NCBI GenBank assembly: GCA_040754625.1
Contig: JBFMCF010000096.1
Location: 1,651 to 65,650, forward strand
From: a bacterium
Lineage (GTDB): Bacteria; JACRDZ01; JAQUKH01
Length of the DNA: 64,000 nt
Direction: 5' to 3'
Position numbers and translations under genes: made by a program. The notes under the pieces were generated by a model. The model made no database searches. It was not told where the DNA came from and was given only the letters and a program-made list of their open reading frames with translations. Position 1 is the first letter of the stretch. The number at the start of each line of letters is the position of its first letter. Below, piece after piece: positions 29,068 through 39,858 of the stretch.

Positions 29068-30135
29068 TTAACTGCTTCTAATTTCCGATATAATTTGATG
29101 AAATTTTTCAGCCCAATGGGTATGCACGTAAAATGAACTTAACCGTTTGCTCTCGTTATAAACCTCATTTAATTTCCAACCAGGTAAGGAAGCAGCTTCT
29201 TTTAGTTTTTCTGATAACTCGTTAACCGATTTTGCTTTAAAAATAAATCCGTTCTTTTTATTTAAAAATTCATAGCGGTTTCCTACCCGATCGCTAAGAA
29301 TCAAACCACATCCTGTCAGAGCAGCCTCCGAGACAACCAATGGCCAGTGATCTTCTATACTGGGCAGCACTAAAAATCTCGACCGCTTTAAAGCATCGGC
29401 TATTTGAAGAGACTGCATAAATGGATGAACTATTACACCCGGACAACTTTCCAGAAGGTTTTTATATTCACCAGCACCATACACGAGGATTTTCCAATCA
29501 GGAAAATCCTGATGGAATATCTTGAATGCTTTTGCCAGGGTAGAAACCCCTTTTCGGGCAATAAACTGCCCGATAAAAATAAACTGCTTAGGCCTCTGAG
29601 TTAGAATAGGCCCAGGAGTAAAGCAATTAGAATCTGACCCATAAAGGCCCGTATATATCTGTGAAGAAGGCATGCCAAAAAAACGCATAAGGTGAACCGC
29701 TGATTCGCCGGGCACCCAAACTGCTGAAAACCATTTTTTATAAAAAAAACGAAATTTAACTGCTCCCATCCATTGCCGTATGTTGTTTTTCCAGCAATTA
29801 TCTATAAGACATATAACTTTTCCACCATTATCTCTGACTTCTCTCCCTAACTTATTAAATGAAGGAATAAACCAGCCTGCTTGAAAAAAAATATCCGGAA
29901 TAGATAAATCAATGTCATGCCATGAGTTCACATTTGATTTATCTATCCAGTAAATTTTTTGGCCGAGAAGTTCCTCCGAATCCTTGGTAGACATTTGCGG
30001 CATTGTTCCGATAACTATTACAGGATGCCCCAATCTCTTAATACCTTCCCGGATAAGACGGGCACCATAAGCAGGAATACCCGACCATGAAATAGCAATA
30101 TTAATTTTAGTTCCAGAAGTTTTTACAACATTCAC
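29068..30135 (-). CDS. GT4 glycosyltransferase
   Basis: FIFIGQFIARKGVSTLAKAF...ILVYGAGEY...LVLPSIEDHWPLVVSEAALTGCGLILSD: GT-B/GT4 C-terminal domain. Confidence 0.65.
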   Translation of the reverse strand: MNVVKTSGTKINIAISWSGIPAYGARLIREGIKRLGHPVIVIGTMPQMSTKDSEELLGQKIYWIDKSNVNSWHDIDLSIPDIFFQAGWFIPSFNKLGREVRDNGGKVICLIDNCWKNNIRQWMGAVKFRFFYKKWFSAVWVPGESAVHLMRFFGMPSSQIYTGLYGSDSNCFTPGPILTQRPKQFIFIGQFIARKGVSTLAKAFKIFHQDFPDWKILVYGAGEYKNLLESCPGVIVHPFMQSLQIADALKRSRFLVLPSIEDHWPLVVSEAALTGCGLILSDRVGNRYEFLNKKNGFIFKAKSVNELSEKLKEAASLPGWKLNEVYNESKRLSSFYVHTHWAEKFHQIISEIRSS

Positions 30136-31280
30136 AATATGTCATCCTGCAGCCAATTAATTAATCTATCAGCCTGGTAACTCCAAGTCTTTTTTTTCAA
30201 CAAAAAGTCCTTTATCTTCATAGAATTTTGGCCTATTCTATTATCAGGCCAATGCAACACATTTTCAATCGTTTTTGCTAAACAATCTTCGGTTTCTTCT
30301 TTCAATACTTCAAGCACATCACGATACTCAGGACTAAGTCCAGATGTCCATGTGCTAATAACCGGTTTCCCGTAACTCAAGTATTCTAAAATCTTTGAAG
30401 GGAAATTCATATTATTGCCGGGAACACGTGAAGGCCTCGGATTTACCAGAACAGATGCCTGCCTGCACATTTTCTGAAGCTGTGACTCAGGAACAAGGCC
30501 GAAAAAACGTATGCGGGAATCTTGCTTGAGAGCGGCCTTCAAATCTGAACTGCTTCCATGTCCACAAATCCAGAGCTCAATGTTAGTATCGCGAATCTGT
30601 TCAAAAGCCTTTAGTAAAAAACTGACCCCTCCCCAAACACTCATCATCCCTGTATATAGAACAATTTTTTTATTCTCCGATCCCTTGTTAGACTGTGTTT
30701 CCGGGTTAAATCGCAAGAGGCTGATTCCCCCATCTAAATGCAATTTTTTCGGAAAAGGACAATTTTGAAAAGCGTGATAGGACAAAAATACATGGCCTTT
30801 CGCCATATCAGCACCAGAAGGATACCGGGCCCAATTAGGACCAGGATCATATTGATCAGCGCATATATCTATCCATGGAACATGGTAATTTTTCTGCGCA
30901 TAAAGTCCAGCAGTTATACTCTCAGGGTTCGGGTTATAGGAAAATACTGCCAAAGGGTTTCCTCGCTTCTCACAGATTTCACAAATAGCCTTAATATATA
31001 CCCGGCGTAAACTGGCAACTCTCAATAATGGAATGTTCCAATAATGAACAAAGCGGCTATCAAAACCCGGATCAAGGTCACCAAAACTGCCTGGATTATA
31101 TTTCCCTCTCGGCCATATGGGTTCGGGTAAATGCGATATCAGAACAATGGAAAATCCCTGCTCACTTAAAGCCTTGATCAATCCTGCCTGCCAGCGGTTA
31201 GCGGCAGGACTGGTAGCAGGGTGTTTTACTAAAGAATCTTCACTAAAAATTCCACCCAACCATAACAACCACTTTGCCAA
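30132..31280 (-). CDS. GT4 glycosyltransferase
   Basis: IVLYTGMMSVWGGVSFLLKAFEQI...ELWICGHG...VLVNPRPS...NFPSKILEYLSYGKPVIST. Confidence 0.65.
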   Translation of the reverse strand: MAKWLLWLGGIFSEDSLVKHPATSPAANRWQAGLIKALSEQGFSIVLISHLPEPIWPRGKYNPGSFGDLDPGFDSRFVHYWNIPLLRVASLRRVYIKAICEICEKRGNPLAVFSYNPNPESITAGLYAQKNYHVPWIDICADQYDPGPNWARYPSGADMAKGHVFLSYHAFQNCPFPKKLHLDGGISLLRFNPETQSNKGSENKKIVLYTGMMSVWGGVSFLLKAFEQIRDTNIELWICGHGSSSDLKAALKQDSRIRFFGLVPESQLQKMCRQASVLVNPRPSRVPGNNMNFPSKILEYLSYGKPVISTWTSGLSPEYRDVLEVLKEETEDCLAKTIENVLHWPDNRIGQNSMKIKDFLLKKKTWSYQADRLINWLQDDIL

Positions 31281-31292
31281 TTAGACCTCCAT

Positions 31293-32762
31293 TTATCGTT
31301 TTAGTCCAGGTACTAAAGATTGACTTCGTTGAAAAGGCCGCAACTGCCTATTTTCAGATAAAGGGCTATCTTGCAGAAACAAACAATGACACAGCCCGGC
31401 CAAACTCCAAATCCAAAATCCCACAGTTTGGTCTGCCGGAAAATCACCCGTTGTCATTCCTACAATACCAACACCCAAAATACCCGCAGCCAAACTCTTA
31501 AGAACCGGATCGGTAGATTTCGTCAATACCAAAAGATTATTCTTCAAAGCAAGGAATAAAATAACAAGCATGATTGTCCCAGCGAATAATCCATCAAGCC
31601 GTAAAATTTCAAGAGCGGTGTTATGAGCGCCCACTACCCACTCATCGGGAAGACCAGGAGTTTCCAAAAGCAACGGCTTACCGGAAGGAATAACGAAATA
31701 AGGCCCTGAAATAATCTGTTTTAATGCTGCATGCCAGAAAGGTAACCGGTCAGACAGTAATTTGGCTTTAAACCTTTCCGCAAAGGTACCATAATAAGAA
31801 CCATGTGAAAGTGAAGGTTTATAGTCAGGATGATATCCCAGTAAACTGATACCAGCAGAAAAGAACAGAATCCCTAAAATTGCTATACCTCCAATAAATT
31901 TCGCAATACGATTACGAAAAATTGAGTTTGGTCTTTTTATTATAGAACCATAAGAAGTGTTGATAAGCGGCTTCTGTTTTTTTTCACCTAAATAAGATAA
32001 AAGGACAGATAGCGAAATAATTCCTATAGTAGTTATAGAACCTTTTATCGCATATTCTACTAATAAAAAAAACACCAATATCCCTAACAGACGATATTTA
32101 AGCGGCCGATTGTAAATCAAATAGATCGAAAAAGCCCCGCTCAAACCCATGAAAAGGAAACCGTGATGTGACCAATAAACTCCCAAGCACATCAATGAAA
32201 ACATAATAATAACAAATGGCAGAAGAATGGGAATTAAAATGTCATTTTTCTCCCTTGGCCAATGTTTGGCCAGAATATAGCCATAGAAATAACTTCCTGT
32301 AATCATTAAAAAACGTAGGCCGCGCGTCCAGTTAGGATTTCTCGTCTGGTAGGCTAAATAAAACCCGATCAAAACAGGCAAAAAAGCTGTTAACCAAAGT
32401 GATAAAAGAATTTTTGGAAATTGTGATTTAAAGGTTCTAGGTCGAACAAGTTTCTCCAGAAAAACCCGTAAACTAATAAAACCACAAGCCACTGTTTCGA
32501 CATTTATAGGTAATCCTGCCACAATAACATATTCTCTAAACTCATCAGGTATTGACCCATCATTGATATTATAAAAATAATAACGCGTTAAATACAGTAA
32601 AAACAGCCCCAAAATACCATCCGGCCTACCACGCATTATAAGCCAAAAAGATAGGCAAATGCCCAGAAAGGTTGACAGTGTAACACTAATAAAAGACAAC
32701 AAAAAACAAGAGAAACAAACAACAGTAATAGGAATAAACAAACTTGTTTTTAAATAATTCAT
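31293..32762 (-). CDS. Polytopic membrane protein, O-antigen ligase/polymerase-like (third Wzy_C-like candidate)
   Basis: 489 aa, more than 10 TM, with a large loop containing WHAALKQIISGPYFVIPSGKP. Not a paralog of the 8086/14582 pair. Confidence 0.4.
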   Translation of the reverse strand: MNYLKTSLFIPITVVCFSCFLLSFISVTLSTFLGICLSFWLIMRGRPDGILGLFLLYLTRYYFYNINDGSIPDEFREYVIVAGLPINVETVACGFISLRVFLEKLVRPRTFKSQFPKILLSLWLTAFLPVLIGFYLAYQTRNPNWTRGLRFLMITGSYFYGYILAKHWPREKNDILIPILLPFVIIMFSLMCLGVYWSHHGFLFMGLSGAFSIYLIYNRPLKYRLLGILVFFLLVEYAIKGSITTIGIISLSVLLSYLGEKKQKPLINTSYGSIIKRPNSIFRNRIAKFIGGIAILGILFFSAGISLLGYHPDYKPSLSHGSYYGTFAERFKAKLLSDRLPFWHAALKQIISGPYFVIPSGKPLLLETPGLPDEWVVGAHNTALEILRLDGLFAGTIMLVILFLALKNNLLVLTKSTDPVLKSLAAGILGVGIVGMTTGDFPADQTVGFWIWSLAGLCHCLFLQDSPLSENRQLRPFQRSQSLVPGLKR

Positions 32763-32780
32763 TACAAAATGTTAATCCTT

Positions 32781-34013
32781 TCAGCCAAGAATTGAATCAT
32801 AAATTCCGGTTATTTTGGCCATTTGCCGCTTAATATTAAAATCTATCCGCGCCTTATTAAAAGCATTTTCACCCAGTTCTCTCATTTTATCCGAATCTAA
32901 TAAAAGTTCCTCCAATGCCCCAGCTAAAGCATCCGGAGAATTGGGTTTAACTAAAAGACCAGTACGCCCATGTTCAATCAGCTCATTAATCCCACCCAAA
33001 TCCGACCCGATAGAAGGTTTCCCCATGGCTGCGGCCTCAATAACTGGCCGGGCAAAATGAGGCTGAGTAGCAGGGAAAACGATTATATGGCTTGCGGCAA
33101 TAAAAGGCGTAATATCTTCCTGAAAGGGCAAAAATTTCAAGTGGGATTGTATGCCCAACTCATGGACTTGTTTCTCCACTTTCTGCGCTAACACACCCGA
33201 TCCAAACAACGATAAAATTTTTCTTACCATCAACGAAACTAATCTCCCGGACGACAAAAGATTCGAACCGGCCAAAATACAGACAAAATTCGGAACTGAA
33301 TCGCGAACCAAACTTAGCGCGTTTAGAAGCACCTGTATCCCATTGATTTCTGAAACCCCTCCCAAAAATAATATTATTTTAGTATTTTCAGGTATCCCCA
33401 TTTTTATCTTTATGCCGTTAGGAGAAACATCCGGATTAAATTTTTTTAGATCAATAAAGTTGGCTATAACACATCCCCGCGATTTGCCTATCCAGTTTTC
33501 CCAATCATAGTGAGAAATAAATATCACCTCGTTACCGTATTTTTTAAGCAAAAACCTCATAAAATTTGTTCTCAGGCCAAAATATCCTTTCACCGAAGCT
33601 TCACGGACATGCCAAACAAAAGGAATACGACCTTTTGCCAAAGCCATGGCTGAAGGAACCAAAACAACAGAATTAAGATGAACTAAATCAGGTTTTACTT
33701 TTGCAACTAAATCCAAAGTAAGACGCATAGATTGTTTCCAATGGATAAAACTTTGTACCAAAGAAAGGCATCCTAAAGGAGAACTCAAACAGGCCCAAGA
33801 AGCAGTGGTATGCTCAAAAGTATAAATTCCAGGAGCAACTACTACTGTAAACCCTGCCTTTTCATAAAAATTAATTACTTCCATACAAGGACGGATAAGA
33901 GCAACGACGGGCTCAAATCGCGAAAGGTCGAGACCCTGTAATGTATAGAGCAGACTCATACACGAACCGCCCAAGCCGCCCGCATGTTGAATATAAAGAA
34001 TCTTTCTTTTCAT
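32781..34013 (-). CDS. GT4 glycosyltransferase
   Basis: ILYIQHAGGLGGSCMSLL...IILFLGGVSEINGIQ...VFPATQPHFARPVIEAAAMGKPSIGSDLGG. Confidence 0.65.
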   Translation of the reverse strand: MKRKILYIQHAGGLGGSCMSLLYTLQGLDLSRFEPVVALIRPCMEVINFYEKAGFTVVVAPGIYTFEHTTASWACLSSPLGCLSLVQSFIHWKQSMRLTLDLVAKVKPDLVHLNSVVLVPSAMALAKGRIPFVWHVREASVKGYFGLRTNFMRFLLKKYGNEVIFISHYDWENWIGKSRGCVIANFIDLKKFNPDVSPNGIKIKMGIPENTKIILFLGGVSEINGIQVLLNALSLVRDSVPNFVCILAGSNLLSSGRLVSLMVRKILSLFGSGVLAQKVEKQVHELGIQSHLKFLPFQEDITPFIAASHIIVFPATQPHFARPVIEAAAMGKPSIGSDLGGINELIEHGRTGLLVKPNSPDALAGALEELLLDSDKMRELGENAFNKARIDFNIKRQMAKITGIYDSILG

Positions 34014-34014
34014 T

Positions 34015-35886
34015 TTAATTCAATTTTATCCGTTTTTTCTCAAGCCATGAAAGCAAAATTCCCCATGCCCAAAGCGATCTTGGAGGTCTGTCTTTACGAA
34101 GCATGCTGTATAGGCTTCGAAGATAAACCGGACGAAATATTTTTTTTGCAGATTCGCTATTTAAAAGTTCTTCAAAACATGGTTTCAAATCGCCTTTCAT
34201 CCAGCTGATAAAAGGTAATTCAAATCCCATCTTAGGACGATCTCGTAATTTTTCTGGTAAAAATTCCGCTACAGCATTAATAAAAATTTTTTTTGTTTCT
34301 ATATCACTTAACTTGTGTGCCGCAGGCAGCGCATAAGCAAATTCAACCAGAGGATGATCCAGAAGCATTGGTCGAACCTCGAGACCGTGCGCCATACTCA
34401 TAACATCCCCATCCCGAAGCAAAGTGCTTAGTAAATAACCTTTCATCTCAGCATAACTGGTTTGTTGAACTTCATCCGCATCAGCCATTAACAATTTCTC
34501 TTGACCTTCTACAAGACGTTTACGAAAAGATTTGCACCATTCAGGTTGTACAGCATCTTCAAACTCAAAATTCTCCAGAATGCGCCGCAGCATTGTCAAA
34601 CGTTCGACTGAGCTTGCTAATTTGAAAAGCAAACGCAATGTAATAAAGTTCGGTCTCAGTTTATGTGTTTTTTCCAGAAGATTATATATAATCGGATTAG
34701 GATTGGATATCAATTTTTTATCTTCTGCAAGCCAGCGAAAATGTGTATACCCTGCAAAAAGCTCGTCTCCTCCAAGGCCGGATACGCAAACTTTAACATA
34801 ATACCGGGATGCATGAGAAATTATCCATGTGTTGGTCCCGTCGATACTTGGCTGATCAATAGCTGTTACTATTTTCTCAAATATTTTCGATGCATCATTT
34901 GAAGTTATTACTATTTCCTCATGTTCGCTTTTTAAATAATCAGCCGCTATACGGGCATATTTCCGTTCGTCAATGGCACTATGCGTATTCTCAAAACCTA
35001 CTGAAAAGGTCTTTATTTTTCTCCCGCTTACAGCACTCATTAATCCAACAACTGCAGTCGAATCGATTCCGCCGCTCAAAAACGCTCCTACCGGCACATC
35101 TGACACTAAATTATAGCGAGCGGCATCCTGAAGAAATATCTTCAATCTCTCGGATGCTTCATGGAAACAAACATTACGTAGTTCCTTTCTAAGTTCAGCA
35201 GTTTCTTCATGAAGGTCCCAATATTTAACAAACCGTTTCTTATTTTTACAAACCTCCATCCAATGTCCGGCTGGAATTGCCTTAATTCCTTTAATTATTG
35301 TCTTCGGCTGGAATACCGCTCCCACAGCTAAATAATCCAGCAAAGCATCCGGATCAATCTCCCGGTTTATCCATCCATTTTCCAAAAGGCCGCGCAATTC
35401 AGACGCAAAAAAAAGTTGGGAAGCATTTTCATAATATAGTAACGGTTTGATTCCCAATCTGTCCCGGACAAGTATCAGCTCAGGACAACCTGGAGAAGGA
35501 TATCTATCAACCAATGCAAAAGCAAACATGCCCCGCAGACGTTTAAAAGAATCCCTACCCCACTTTAAATATGCCGCAAGAATAACCTCTGTATCCGAGT
35601 TGGAATAGAACCGGCACCCAAGGGCTTCCAACTCAGACCTTAATTCTTTGAAATTATATATCTCTCCGTTAAAAGCAATCCATAATCGCCCGTTAGCGTA
35701 AGACATAGGCTGATGGCCTTCGGGTGATAAATCAATAATTGAGAGCCTGCAATGACCAAGTGTAACAGGAATCTCCTGATTGTTCCATATTCCACTTCCA
35801 TCCGGTCCGCGATGGGATTGGACATTTATCATCCTTCCAACTGTTGCTTCATCTGAAACTCCATATATACCGGCAATTCCACACAC
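34015..35886 (-). CDS. Asparagine-synthase-family glutamine amidotransferase (AsnB/WbpS-like), copy 1; probable GTG start
   Basis: The catalytic N-terminus CGIAGIY follows a GTG at 35886. This GTG is preceded by GAGGTG at a 7-nt spacing; the ORF-track start at 35901 is a TTG. PP-loop SGGIDST; 623 aa from the GTG start. Confidence 0.75.
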   Translation of the reverse strand: MCGIAGIYGVSDEATVGRMINVQSHRGPDGSGIWNNQEIPVTLGHCRLSIIDLSPEGHQPMSYANGRLWIAFNGEIYNFKELRSELEALGCRFYSNSDTEVILAAYLKWGRDSFKRLRGMFAFALVDRYPSPGCPELILVRDRLGIKPLLYYENASQLFFASELRGLLENGWINREIDPDALLDYLAVGAVFQPKTIIKGIKAIPAGHWMEVCKNKKRFVKYWDLHEETAELRKELRNVCFHEASERLKIFLQDAARYNLVSDVPVGAFLSGGIDSTAVVGLMSAVSGRKIKTFSVGFENTHSAIDERKYARIAADYLKSEHEEIVITSNDASKIFEKIVTAIDQPSIDGTNTWIISHASRYYVKVCVSGLGGDELFAGYTHFRWLAEDKKLISNPNPIIYNLLEKTHKLRPNFITLRLLFKLASSVERLTMLRRILENFEFEDAVQPEWCKSFRKRLVEGQEKLLMADADEVQQTSYAEMKGYLLSTLLRDGDVMSMAHGLEVRPMLLDHPLVEFAYALPAAHKLSDIETKKIFINAVAEFLPEKLRDRPKMGFELPFISWMKGDLKPCFEELLNSESAKKIFRPVYLRSLYSMLRKDRPPRSLWAWGILLSWLEKKRIKLN

Positions 35887-35947
35887 AATTATACACCTCA
35901 AATAATATTAAACGAACCTATTGCCACACAAAAAGATATGAGCGAAT

Positions 35948-36619
35948 TCACTGTTTACATGCAACAACGTGAACAGAGCTATCATTGAGTCGATACAATT
36001 TGCTCGGTGTTTCATTTTTATCAAGGATATTAAATCCAACATCCCGTAACTTTTTTGTCATCGAATATGAATCGTACATCAAGCGGTGTTGCAACCCAAA
36101 ACCTCCGAAAAATTCTAGCAATCGATACTTGAGAGAACCTCTTGATTCATTGCTAAGTAAAGTTGCCCTAATAAAATCGTCAGCGGCTCGAGATTCTGCA
36201 TCCCTATTTTTAAGTAGATACCGCTCTGCCTGCTCTTTGAGATCTGGGACGATGACGTGCAGCGTAGCCCCTGTCTTCATCACGCGATAAAAATCTCTAA
36301 TAATTCTCTCCATCTCAATAGGAAATACATGCTCCAAAAAATGCGAACATAGAATGTGGTCTACAGAATTATCAGGAAAAAATAAAGTAGTTCTGCAATC
36401 ATGCTTAATTAACAACACCTTTTTCATTGCTTCACAATACTGTTCGATAATCTCAGAATATTTTCGCGGCACAATTCTCTTGATTAACTTAAAATATTTT
36501 AATAAATACAGAAATATAGTGTTATCAAGATTGACAAACTCCTCCAGTACATAGGTTGATGATGCAATATTTAACCAGATTTCACCCTTCAAGTTTCTAT
36601 AATAGTCAACATTTCTCAC
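35948..36619 (-). CDS. Class I SAM-dependent methyltransferase
   Basis: HILCSHFLEHVFPIEMERIIRDFYRVMKTGATLHVIVPD is typical of Methyltransf_11-like domains. Confidence 0.5.
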   Translation of the reverse strand: MRNVDYYRNLKGEIWLNIASSTYVLEEFVNLDNTIFLYLLKYFKLIKRIVPRKYSEIIEQYCEAMKKVLLIKHDCRTTLFFPDNSVDHILCSHFLEHVFPIEMERIIRDFYRVMKTGATLHVIVPDLKEQAERYLLKNRDAESRAADDFIRATLLSNESRGSLKYRLLEFFGGFGLQHRLMYDSYSMTKKLRDVGFNILDKNETPSKLYRLNDSSVHVVACKQ

Positions 36620-36648
36620 TTCTTATTTACCTCCTATCACCTACATTT

Positions 36649-37806
36649 TCATAAAATCCTTTCAATAAATTCCCATAACCGCTTTGAGGATTCTCCATCC
36701 TTATAACGGTGATGAAGGTTTCTCATCCATGCGCGCTTCTCTCTATAGTAATCTTTTTCAGAAAGACAATATAAAATTTCCTTTTGCAGTGTATCTTGAT
36801 TAAATACCTTTGGCCCAGGAGCCCAATTTTCAAACGATTCTATAAGAAATCCTCTTGCAGCACTATACGAATCAACATCAACAGGCGCGAATATTATTGG
36901 TTTATCAAATAATAAATAGTCATAAAAAACAGAAGAATAATCTGTTATTAACATGTCAGACGCATTCAATAGCTCATATAAATCAAGGCTGTTCGCAACA
37001 AGATCCGAGTCTTTAAGTATAAGCATATTTTTTAAAGGATAATCACGAAAATAACTAATAATTAAAGCTTCTTCATGCGGGTGCGGTTTAAAAATTATTT
37101 TACATTTGTTTCCCTCTAAAAATTTATCAAAGCCCTCCGGGGAAAATTTTACAAAACCAAATGGATTATTATAGTTTTTATTCCCCTGATTTTTACCGTA
37201 ATAGTCTCTAAAAGTCGGCAGAAAAAAAACAAGTTTATCATCCTTTATTTTCTCACCGAATATTTTCTTTACATTGGACATTCCTTCTGAAACAAAAAGA
37301 AAGTCGTTCCTTGGTGCCCCCGTAATTATATACTTGTTTGAATTGGTAGGCATACATGCGTTTAAAAAAGTATTGCATGTTTCTGAATAAGACATTATAT
37401 AATCAACTTTAAGCCAGTCTTTTTGAGTTTTAAATACGCTGTCAGGTTTATTATCCAGCATAACTCCATTTTTTTTAACAAATACTCCGTGCCACAGTTG
37501 TAAATGTATATGTCTTTTGCTCGGCTTGTACGAGGCATGAGTAGTAACTATCAATTGCGCAGAGGATATTAATCTATACTTTTTAATAAAATGCGTAAAA
37601 CCTTTCCCGTCTAAAGCGGAATCCTGATATAGAATTATTTCATACTTCTTTTTCGTATCCTCACCGGCTAATTTCCATAATGCATAACTATTTGAACCCG
37701 ACCATGATTCCTGCATAAAAAGAATTCTATTCTTCTTACATTTTGTAATAACCGTAATAATATCACGGCCTATTTTTCTAATTATTTTTTTAAATAAATT
37801 ATTCAT
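36649..37806 (-). CDS. CDP-glycerol glycerophosphotransferase family protein (TagB/TagF-like)
   Basis: LQLWHGV...FLPTFRDY...KPHP motifs of the TagF family; directly downstream of tagD. Confidence 0.6.
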   Translation of the reverse strand: MNNLFKKIIRKIGRDIITVITKCKKNRILFMQESWSGSNSYALWKLAGEDTKKKYEIILYQDSALDGKGFTHFIKKYRLISSAQLIVTTHASYKPSKRHIHLQLWHGVFVKKNGVMLDNKPDSVFKTQKDWLKVDYIMSYSETCNTFLNACMPTNSNKYIITGAPRNDFLFVSEGMSNVKKIFGEKIKDDKLVFFLPTFRDYYGKNQGNKNYNNPFGFVKFSPEGFDKFLEGNKCKIIFKPHPHEEALIISYFRDYPLKNMLILKDSDLVANSLDLYELLNASDMLITDYSSVFYDYLLFDKPIIFAPVDVDSYSAARGFLIESFENWAPGPKVFNQDTLQKEILYCLSEKDYYREKRAWMRNLHHRYKDGESSKRLWEFIERIL

Positions 37807-38219
37807 CCTTTTCTCAAATTAATTAAAACCTCATTTATTAAGGTCGATGATGTTCCTTTTGTATAAGGGAAATAAACGATCTTTACTCCAACATCTTTAA
37901 ACCCAGCCTCCATTTTTTCCCATTTATTTTCTTTGTACCAATCATCTCCTACAAACATTATGTCAAACTTCAGTTTCTCCCAGGCCTCAAATTTATTCAT
38001 TGTCTCCTGTGGAATTACAGCATCTACATATCGAATACTGCGTATAATCTCCATGCGCTCTGTAAATGGGATAACTGCCTTTTTGGCCTTGTAGGATACC
38101 AACTCGTCAGTAGTAACTCCAACAATAAGTTTATCGCACATGGATTTTGCGTTTCGCAACAGGTTTAAATGCCCAATGTGGAACAGGTCGTAAACACCAG
38201 TCGTGTAACCAATAATCAT
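37803..38219 (-). CDS. tagD: Glycerol-3-phosphate cytidylyltransferase
   Basis: IIGYTTGVYDLFHIGHLNLLRNAK...VGVTTDE...R.EI...RYVD: HxGH cytidylyltransferase signature; 138 aa. Confidence 0.85.
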   Translation of the reverse strand: MIIGYTTGVYDLFHIGHLNLLRNAKSMCDKLIVGVTTDELVSYKAKKAVIPFTERMEIIRSIRYVDAVIPQETMNKFEAWEKLKFDIMFVGDDWYKENKWEKMEAGFKDVGVKIVYFPYTKGTSSTLINEVLINLRKG

Positions 38220-39790
38220 AGATTTACTCCTTTCAATTCGGTAAAGTTAATATCAGCACCAAATAGTTCCGACAAATTAAATTCAAGCCATTGGTCCACT
38301 GGAGTCGCGGCTTTCGGCAAACCAAATGAAATATTGTCTAGCGGAACGGGGAAACCAACCTTTTTGCGTCGAATAATCGGCTCTGGAATTAAATCCCGAA
38401 AGATGCGCTTTAACGGGCTTTTAATCTCACCGTCCTTCATACGATAACTAAACGCTACACCTGCCATACGTTCAATTAACGGATGACAATCCACAAAAGG
38501 AACACGCGCCTCCACTGAACATAGCATTGTCGAATTATCGAGCCGGCGCAGCAAACCGTGGAGATGCGCCACTTGAAAAAAATGTGCAACAATATCCAGC
38601 GGATTCTTTCGATGCATAAACGGACACAATGCATCTTCCACAATCTCCAGATCATTATGTGAACCATAGGCGTATAATTGGGTAAACTTCGCAACATCCC
38701 ATGTCTTCGCTTCAGACGCCCACCGAAAAATCCTGTCATACCCGAAAAAAAGTTCATCCGCACCTTCTCCGCTTAGAATAACAGTATTTTCTTTTTTGAC
38801 TTCGCTGGTCATTTTATATAGAAGAATTTCATTGGGCACTGACAATGGTTCACGCCGCTTTTTAATCATCCAGCGTCCCAGTGTGACAAATTCCTCGGAT
38901 GTAATTAACACCTCGTGGTGCTCACTATTAATATGTTTAGAAGCCAACCGAGCCCATTTAAATTCATTATTTTCAGTAAATCCAACTGTCCATGTATGCG
39001 GTTTTTGAGCCAATGCTGCTATAATAGTGCTATCCAAACCGCCGCTAAGATAAGAACCAACAGGCACATCTGAAATAAGTCTCTGTTGAACAGACTCAAT
39101 AATCAGCTGCCTTAGTTCATCATCTGTCGGCGGATCCTGATAAGTTTCGGGAAACTGCCAATAACGGTGTATATGCCCTGATAGCATATAACACCCTGCA
39201 GGAAACATCTCAACTCCCTCATATGCGGTCCTTCCATTAAAAAACGTTCGCAGTTTCAGATATTGACGCAGTCCAATCGGATCGGCTTTACTGCAACCAG
39301 TCAATTTTAATATGGGCGCTATCTCCGATGACAATACTAATTCCCCGTTTCTTCGATATATATAAAGCGGCTTTACACCAAGTCTATCCCGCGCCACAAA
39401 TATATCCTGTGTTATTGTATCCAGAATTATAAAGGCAAACATTCCATTAAGCCATTGCAAAAATTTTGGGCCATATTTAGCATATAATTCAACAATAACT
39501 TCCGTGTCGCTTGTGGTTTTCAAAGGAGTTATATTATGCTCACGGGCTAACTCCCTGTAATTATATATTTCACCATTAAAAATTATAACATGGCGTTCAT
39601 CACGGGAATAAAAAGGTTGATTACTACGATCTTCCATGTCCAAAATCTTCAGCCTCTTATGGCCTATTTGAATATTCGTAATTTTTACATAACCCATTGC
39701 ATCAGGGCCGCGATGATGAAGCAGTTCCAATGCAGATAAAAACTCCTTCTTGGAGTATTTATTATCGGAAGTTAATAAGATTCCACACAT
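38216..39790 (-). CDS. Asparagine-synthase-family glutamine amidotransferase, copy 2; start reassigned to the internal ATG
   Basis: MCGILL begins at 39790 with AGAGGT 6 nt upstream; the ORF-track start at 39811 has no RBS. HHRGPD, PP-loop LSGGLDST. Confidence 0.75.
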   Translation of the reverse strand: MCGILLTSDNKYSKKEFLSALELLHHRGPDAMGYVKITNIQIGHKRLKILDMEDRSNQPFYSRDERHVIIFNGEIYNYRELAREHNITPLKTTSDTEVIVELYAKYGPKFLQWLNGMFAFIILDTITQDIFVARDRLGVKPLYIYRRNGELVLSSEIAPILKLTGCSKADPIGLRQYLKLRTFFNGRTAYEGVEMFPAGCYMLSGHIHRYWQFPETYQDPPTDDELRQLIIESVQQRLISDVPVGSYLSGGLDSTIIAALAQKPHTWTVGFTENNEFKWARLASKHINSEHHEVLITSEEFVTLGRWMIKKRREPLSVPNEILLYKMTSEVKKENTVILSGEGADELFFGYDRIFRWASEAKTWDVAKFTQLYAYGSHNDLEIVEDALCPFMHRKNPLDIVAHFFQVAHLHGLLRRLDNSTMLCSVEARVPFVDCHPLIERMAGVAFSYRMKDGEIKSPLKRIFRDLIPEPIIRRKKVGFPVPLDNISFGLPKAATPVDQWLEFNLSELFGADINFTELKGVNL

Positions 39791-39858
39791 TATAACCTCT
39801 ATTTTCCTCATTTAGAAATAAAAACCATCCACAATGCTTATTTATCCATTTATTTATT

